The notes under the pieces were generated by a model. The model made no database searches. It saw only the letters and a list, made by a program, of their open reading frames with translations, and was not told the DNA's origin. Positions 55,261-60,662 of a stretch of DNA of 60,662 nucleotides are shown piece by piece. The translations under genes and the position numbers were made by a program. The DNA comes from Candidatus Omnitrophota bacterium (lineage in GTDB: Bacteria; Omnitrophota; Gorgyraeia; Zapsychrales; Fredricksoniimonadaceae). The stretch lies in contig JADFXX010000013.1 in assembly GCA_015233335.1 (NCBI GenBank), forward strand, positions 1 through 60,662. The letters run 5' to 3'. Position 1 is the first letter of the stretch; the number at the start of each line of letters is the position of its first letter.

Positions 55261-55833
55261 ATGAAAATATTAATGATTGGTTTATTAGTGCTGTGCTTGT
55301 TTCTTTTCGTCCGGAGAGGATGGACGAAAGAGGTTGCGGGGCCCAGTGGAGTAGGGAGTGTTTATGATTTTAAGGTCAAGACTATAGAAGGTTCTGAGAA
55401 GAGCCTGGGGGATTATAAGGGCAAGGTGCTGTTGATCGTCAATACTGCAAGCCGCTGCGGCTTCACGCCCCAGTATACCGGATTGGAAAAATTATATGAG
55501 CGTTACAAGGACCGGGGGTTTATTGTCCTCGCTTTTCCGGCGAATGATTTTATGGGGCAGGAGCCAGGGGATAACGGCGCCATAAAACAATTTTGTGAAC
55601 TAACTTATCGGACAAGCTTTCCGCTTTTCTCTAAAATCAGCGTACGCGGCGCCCAAATGGCGCCGTTATATCAATATTTGACAACAGCTTCGGGTTTTCA
55701 AGGCAATATTAGCTGGAATTTTAATAAATTCTTGATCAACCGCAAGGGCCAGGTGATCGCGCGGTTTGGATCGAAAACCGACCCTATGGACCCCGCATTA
55801 GAGGAAGATGTTTTAAAGGCGCTGGCAGAGTGA
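55261..55833 (+). CDS. glutathione peroxidase-family protein with an N-terminal signal or anchor
   Basis: VNTASRCGFTPQY (Cys active site) and WNFNKFLI. I trimmed the start to the ATG at 55261 behind GGAGGG. Confidence 0.9.
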   Translation: MKILMIGLLVLCLFLFVRRGWTKEVAGPSGVGSVYDFKVKTIEGSEKSLGDYKGKVLLIVNTASRCGFTPQYTGLEKLYERYKDRGFIVLAFPANDFMGQEPGDNGAIKQFCELTYRTSFPLFSKISVRGAQMAPLYQYLTTASGFQGNISWNFNKFLINRKGQVIARFGSKTDPMDPALEEDVLKALAE

Positions 55834-55834
55834 T

Positions 55835-56461
55835 ATGACATTTGAAGAAGTTGTGCAAAGATTGTCCCCGCAGGATCGAAAGATCATCGCTGATATTATG
55901 CTTTTATATGAAGACATCGACCTGAAAACGTTAAATTTTGCCCATCAAACTGCTTTACGCTGTAAGGCCGGATGCGGAGCTTGCTGTGAAAATCCGGACA
56001 TCGAAACAACGGTCGCTGAAGTATTACCTTTAGCCGTACATCTATGGATGTTGGACCAAGCAGAAAACAAACTTAAGGCCATTCAATCAAAAGCAACCGG
56101 GGGGATTTGTATTTTTTACCACCCGGATCCCCTTACGGTTAACAAAGGCCATTGCAGTATTTATGCCTATCGCCCGGGAATATGCCGTTTGTTTGGTTTC
56201 TGTGCTCGTCGGGATAAACATGGGCAGTCACAATTAATGACCTGTAAAATTATTAAAGAAAATCATGCACAAGCTTGTTTAGAGACCCAAGAGCGACTGC
56301 GGCAAGGGTTGCTGCCTGCTTTGTTGTTGAATATCCATGCTTCGCATGTCTTTAATATTGATCCAGCTTGGGGAGGCAAGCTTTTGCCCATCAACCAGGC
56401 TGTTCAAAGAGCTTTGGAAAAGGTGGGCCTTTATGGTTTTCAAGAAAAACTAAAACAATAA
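55835..56461 (+). CDS. YkgJ-family cysteine-cluster protein
   Basis: CKAGCGACCENP motif plus downstream CxxxxxC residues. Confidence 0.7.
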   Translation: MTFEEVVQRLSPQDRKIIADIMLLYEDIDLKTLNFAHQTALRCKAGCGACCENPDIETTVAEVLPLAVHLWMLDQAENKLKAIQSKATGGICIFYHPDPLTVNKGHCSIYAYRPGICRLFGFCARRDKHGQSQLMTCKIIKENHAQACLETQERLRQGLLPALLLNIHASHVFNIDPAWGGKLLPINQAVQRALEKVGLYGFQEKLKQ

Positions 56462-56501
56462 TTTCCGCGGCTCATGAATTAGTAGTATAATTAACGTAAA
56501 T

Positions 56502-56876
56502 ATGGCATCGAAGAAAATAATATTGTTTATTGATGATAATCCGGTGGACAGGACACTGATCGGGCGGTTATTGAAAAAGGCCGATTTTTCTGTTTTTTTA
56601 GCTGAGGATAGCCAGACAGGCTTGCGCATGGCCCATGAACATAAACCGGACTTGATTATTTTAGATATTTTGCTTCCGGGTATTTCAGGGATTGAACTTT
56701 GTAAAACTCTTAAGAAAAACGAGATGACTCAGCGCATACCTGTAATTTTTTATACCTCCATTGACACACCTAAACATTTGATCGATTATGCTTCATACGG
56801 TGCTCGGGACTATGTTCAAAAAACTATGCCTCCTGAAGAGCTCATTTCTTCGATCAAATCCATCCTTAAAATTTAA
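56502..56876 (+). CDS. stand-alone response-regulator receiver domain
   Basis: IDDNP acidic pocket, DLIILDILLPG phospho-acceptor Asp, conserved T and K. No output domain. Confidence 0.88.
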   Translation: MASKKIILFIDDNPVDRTLIGRLLKKADFSVFLAEDSQTGLRMAHEHKPDLIILDILLPGISGIELCKTLKKNEMTQRIPVIFYTSIDTPKHLIDYASYGARDYVQKTMPPEELISSIKSILKI

Positions 56877-56909
56877 GTTCAAGGGGCTTCCAAGGAAACT
56901 CCATTTTTC

Positions 56910-56938
56910 TTGACAATGCCGACAGCCTGTCTTATAGT
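56910..56938 (+). promoter_or_regulatory. near-consensus sigma70 promoter upstream of carAB
   Basis: TTGACA (56910-15), 17 nt, TATAGT (56933-38). Confidence 0.6.
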
Positions 56939-57007
56939 GTTTCAGGCAAGGAGATGGTTCTTCCCGCCGACATATTCCGCGATAATTTTTGCAAAAAAAA
57001 GTAGTGC

Positions 57008-58102
57008 ATGAAAGAAGCAATACTATATTTACAAGATGGTACGAGCTTCCACGGTCGTACTTTAAAAGCGACCGGGGAAGCATCCGGCGAAGCTGTCTTT
57101 AACACAGCCATGACCGGGTATCAAGAAGTTTTGACGGACCCTTCCTATACCGGGCAAATCGTGGTCATGACTTATCCCCTGATCGGCAACTACGGTGTCA
57201 ATGATACCGACGTTGAATCCGACCATATCCATGTTAAAGGTTTTATTGTCAAAGAATTTTGCCGCCGCCATTCCAATTGGCGGGCGCAGAAAAGCTTGAT
57301 TGATTATTTAAATGACAATAAGATCATCGCTTTAGAAGGCATTGATACCAGGGCTTTAACACGACACCTGCGTCTGTCAGGGGCCATGAAAGCGGTGATC
57401 TCAACCGAAGATTTTGACCCCCAAAGCCTTCAGAGAAAACTAGACCAGATGCCTGCTATGGAAGGGATGGATTTTGTTAAGGATGTCAGCACTTCCAAAA
57501 AATATGTATGGAAATCTAAGGGGCCACGGCTTTATAAAATTGCGGCTATCGACTGCGGGATCAAATTTAACATCCTGCGCATCTTGGCGGATTTAGGCTG
57601 TGAATCGCATGTTTTTCCGGCCACCGCGACTCCTCGAGAGATCATGAGCATCAAGCCCGACGGCCTTTTTCTATCTAACGGACCGGGAGACCCCGCCGCG
57701 GTGACCTATGTGATTTCCACCGTCAAAGAGCTGCTCGGGAAGCTGCCCATTTTTGGTATTTGTTTGGGGAATCAGATTTTAGGACTGGCTTTAGGGGGTC
57801 AGACCTATAAATTGAAATTTGGCCATCACGGCGCTAATCATCCGGTCAAAGACCGTGTGAGCAATACGATCGCTGTCACAAGCCAAAACCATGGATTCTG
57901 CGTGGATATCAAAAGCCTCAATTTAGACGAAGTTGAGGTCATTCATGTGAATTTAAATGACCAAAGCGTTGAAGGGATAAGGCATAAAAAATACCCCGCT
58001 TTTTCAATACAGTATCATCCGGAAGCGGCCCCCGGGCCGCATGACGCGAAATATTTATTCAACCAGTTTATTAAAATGATCGACACCCATAAAAATGCCT
58101 AG
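57008..58102 (+). CDS. carA: carbamoyl-phosphate synthase small subunit
   Basis: [17 protein letters not shown], the GICLGNQIL nucleophile, and SIQYHPEA. Confidence 0.96.
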   Translation: MKEAILYLQDGTSFHGRTLKATGEASGEAVFNTAMTGYQEVLTDPSYTGQIVVMTYPLIGNYGVNDTDVESDHIHVKGFIVKEFCRRHSNWRAQKSLIDYLNDNKIIALEGIDTRALTRHLRLSGAMKAVISTEDFDPQSLQRKLDQMPAMEGMDFVKDVSTSKKYVWKSKGPRLYKIAAIDCGIKFNILRILADLGCESHVFPATATPREIMSIKPDGLFLSNGPGDPAAVTYVISTVKELLGKLPIFGICLGNQILGLALGGQTYKLKFGHHGANHPVKDRVSNTIAVTSQNHGFCVDIKSLNLDEVEVIHVNLNDQSVEGIRHKKYPAFSIQYHPEAAPGPHDAKYLFNQFIKMIDTHKNA

Positions 58103-60662
58103 ACGCAAGGACATCAAGAAAATTATGATCATAGGCGCAGGCCCGATCGTCATAGGCCAAGCCTGCGAATTTGATTATTCCGGTTCCCAGGCCTGCAAAG
58201 CGCTCAAGGAAGAAGGCTATGAGGTGGTGTTGGTGAATTCCAATCCCGCGACCATCATGACCGATCCGGGTATCGCGGATGCCACCTATATTGAACCTCT
58301 GACTACGGAATTCATGGAACACATTATTAGAAAAGAGATGCCGGATGCTATTTTACCGACTTTAGGGGGACAAACCGGTCTTAATTTGGCGATGCAATTG
58401 CATGAACAGGGGATTTTGGCGAAATATGGCGTTGAGATGCTGGGGGCCAAATACGAGGTGATTAAAAAAGCGGAAGACCGCAGTGAGTTTAAGGCGGCGG
58501 CTATTAAGATCGGCCTGGATGTGCCTAAGAGCGTATTCGCTTATAATTTAGAAGAAGCCAAAAGTGCGGTCAAGGACATCGGATTTCCCTGTATTGTCCG
58601 GGCTTCTTTTACTTTAGGGGGCACCGGAGGCGGAATCGCACGCAACGAAGGAGATTTCGAGAGGATCGCGGCTCTTGGGATCGAAAGCTCCATGATCCAT
58701 GAAATTCTCATCGAAGAATCCATTGAGGGTTGGAAGGAATATGAGCTGGAGGTCATGCGGGACCATCGGGACAATGTGGTGATCGTCTGCTCGATTGAGA
58801 ATTTGGACCCCATGGGGGTGCATACCGGGGATAGTATTACCGTTGCCCCCGCACAGACATTGTCTGATGTCGAATATCAGCATATGCGGGACTGTTCCAT
58901 ACGTTTGATCCGTGAAATCGGGGTTGAGACCGGAGGGTCAAACATACAATTTGCCTTAAATCCTCAAAACGGCCGCATGGTGGTCATTGAAATGAATCCA
59001 AGGGTCTCTCGTTCCTCGGCGCTGGCTTCCAAGGCCACCGGGTTTCCCATTGCTAAATTCGCAGCGAAGCTAGCGGTCGGATATTCTCTGGATGAAATCC
59101 AAAATGATATTACCAAAGAAACGCCCGCGTGTTTTGAACCCACGATTGATTATGTGGTCGTCAAGATCCCGCGTTTTACTTTCGAAAAGTTTCCTGAAGC
59201 TCAAGATATTTTAGGTATCCAGATGAAAAGTGTGGGCGAAACCATGGCGATAGGACGAAATTTCAAAGAGGCCTTGCAAAAGGGGCTGCGAGGCCTTGAA
59301 ATCGACCATACAGGCTTGGACAATAAACAGGATTACCGCTATATTGAGGATGATAAGATACAACAGCGCCTGATGGAACCCAACGCCTCGCGTATTTTTT
59401 ACTTGAAATATGCTTTGCAAAAAGGGATGTCGATAGAGGATGTGGCCCGGGTGTCTAGGATTGATGTTTGGTTTATCGATCAGATCGCTCAAATTTTAGA
59501 ACTGGAAGATCAGTTGAAGTCTGCGGTTGCTTTGGGAGGGACTTTGGGCCCGCAACTTTTGCGTCAGGCAAAGGAGTATGGCTTTTCTGATGCCCAACTG
59601 GCAGAAATTCTAGATAAAAGTGAAAAAGACGTGAGGGCGTGGCGCTGTGATCTGGGCATTGTGGCGACATTCAAGCTGGTGGACACCTGCGCTGCGGAAT
59701 TTGAGGCGTACACCCCGTATTATTATTCAACTTACGAAACTGAAGATGAAGCCTTGATCAACAATCAAAAGACCCTTCGTAAGAAAAAAAAGATTATGAT
59801 TTTAGGCGGCGGTCCCAACCGTATCGGGCAGGGGATCGAATTTGATTATTGCTGCTGTCACGCGGCTTTTGCTCTCAAGGAAATGGGTTTTGAGACCATC
59901 ATGATCAACTCTAATCCCGAAACTGTTTCAACCGATTATGATACTTCAGACCGTCTTTATTTTGAGCCTTTGACTTTTGAAGACGTGATGAATGTCTACG
60001 ATGTAGAGAAGCCTGACGGGGTGATTGTTCAATTTGGCGGGCAGACCCCTTTGAATCTGGCCCGCAGACTTTCTCAGGCGGGCGTGCCCATCATCGGCAC
60101 CACGGTTGACTCGATCGACTTGGCTGAAAATCGCGAACATTTCTCAAAGTTGATCGATCAGTTGAATATCAAACAGCCGGCCAACGCGTCTGCGCAAACC
60201 AAAGAAGAGACCTTGGCCGCGGCTCAGCGCATAGGGTATCCGGTATTAGTCCGGCCTTCTTACGTTTTGGGCGGACGGGCCATGCGCATTGTCTACGATG
60301 AGGAGTCCATAAAATCTTTTTTGGATGAGCTACACAGCGTTTCCCGCGGACATCCGGTCCTGATCGATAAATTCCTGGAAGATGCCCAGGAGGTTGATGT
60401 TGATGCCATTTGCGACGGGAAAGAAGTTTATATCGCCGGGGTCATGGAACATATTGAAAATGCGGGGATTCATTCGGGTGATTCGGCGTGTGTTTTACCG
60501 CCTCATACTTTAAGCGAAGGGGTCATTAAAACGATCAAGGACCATACGGTGCGTTTGGCCCGCGCTTTAAAGGTTATCGGCCTTTTGAATATTCAATTCG
60601 CCGTTAAAGGACACCAGGTGTATGTGTTGGAGGTCAACCCGCGGGCATCAAGAACAGTCCCC
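58095..60662 (+). CDS. carB: carbamoyl-phosphate synthase large subunit (3' end cut by the window edge)
   Basis: My own translation from the ATG at 58095 gives [58 protein letters not shown]. The frame stays open for 856 codons to the window end ([11 protein letters not shown]). It is absent from the ORF track because no stop codon lies in the window. Confidence 0.95.
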   Translation, partial: MPRRKDIKKIMIIGAGPIVIGQACEFDYSGSQACKALKEEGYEVVLVNSNPATIMTDPGIADATYIEPLTTEFMEHIIRKEMPDAILPTLGGQTGLNLAMQLHEQGILAKYGVEMLGAKYEVIKKAEDRSEFKAAAIKIGLDVPKSVFAYNLEEAKSAVKDIGFPCIVRASFTLGGTGGGIARNEGDFERIAALGIESSMIHEILIEESIEGWKEYELEVMRDHRDNVVIVCSIENLDPMGVHTGDSITVAPAQTLSDVEYQHMRDCSIRLIREIGVETGGSNIQFALNPQNGRMVVIEMNPRVSRSSALASKATGFPIAKFAAKLAVGYSLDEIQNDITKETPACFEPTIDYVVVKIPRFTFEKFPEAQDILGIQMKSVGETMAIGRNFKEALQKGLRGLEIDHTGLDNKQDYRYIEDDKIQQRLMEPNASRIFYLKYALQKGMSIEDVARVSRIDVWFIDQIAQILELEDQLKSAVALGGTLGPQLLRQAKEYGFSDAQLAEILDKSEKDVRAWRCDLGIVATFKLVDTCAAEFEAYTPYYYSTYETEDEALINNQKTLRKKKKIMILGGGPNRIGQGIEFDYCCCHAAFALKEMGFETIMINSNPETVSTDYDTSDRLYFEPLTFEDVMNVYDVEKPDGVIVQFGGQTPLNLARRLSQAGVPIIGTTVDSIDLAENREHFSKLIDQLNIKQPANASAQTKEETLAAAQRIGYPVLVRPSYVLGGRAMRIVYDEESIKSFLDELHSVSRGHPVLIDKFLEDAQEVDVDAICDGKEVYIAGVMEHIENAGIHSGDSACVLPPHTLSEGVIKTIKDHTVRLARALKVIGLLNIQFAVKGHQVYVLEVNPRASRTVP

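Noticed and set aside
1-60662. Defence systems, toxin-antitoxin pairs, prophage or integrative elements.
   Set aside because: No nuclease, methylase, integrase or recombinase, small paired ORFs or phage structural motifs were recognised. Every sizeable ORF could be assigned to metabolism, the envelope or regulation.

Overview
This 60.7 kb window is bacterial chromosome, densely coding and mostly core metabolism. I saw no rRNA, tRNA, CRISPR array, integrase, transposase or phage genes. All calls come from reading motifs in the translations, not from a homology search, so I cannot assign a taxon.

Gene content, left to right:
- Three TMTC-like membrane and TPR proteins (the first cut by the window edge) and a secreted dienelactone hydrolase.
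- sucCD, then an Mrp/NBP35 ATPase fused to DUF971, then a stand-alone Pta-N-terminal-like (DRTGG) protein, then nuoA-I.
- A fused MFS/spermidine-synthase-like membrane protein.
- nuoJ-N on the opposite strand, converging on that gene.
- A nitrogen block: GAF-GAF-ANTAR regulator, small DUF2934 protein, amtB, a PII protein and a type III glutamine synthetase.
- A tightly packed operon: GATase1, nadE, GT2, methyltransferase, three polytopic GT-C-like proteins and a TPR lipoprotein.
- gltBD followed by a paralogous TPR lipoprotein, then lnt and a Gln-rich secreted repeat protein.
- glpK, glpD, a pseudouridine synthase, an HI0933-type flavoprotein, ridA, gpx, a YkgJ protein, an orphan receiver domain, carA and carB (3' end cut by the window edge).

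The most interesting non-obvious signal is RNA-level. Behind near-consensus sigma70 promoters, the amtB and glutamine synthetase leaders carry related terminator-like hairpins. The amtB leader also has two hexaloop hairpins that fit the ANTAR target rule, and both leaders lie just downstream of the kinase-less GAF-GAF-ANTAR gene.

Other points worth a second look:
- a 171-bp palindromic element upstream of sucC;
- the split, convergent nuo cluster;
- the Mrp protein that lacks its CxxC motif;
- the polyprenyl-phosphate-type glycosylation operon.
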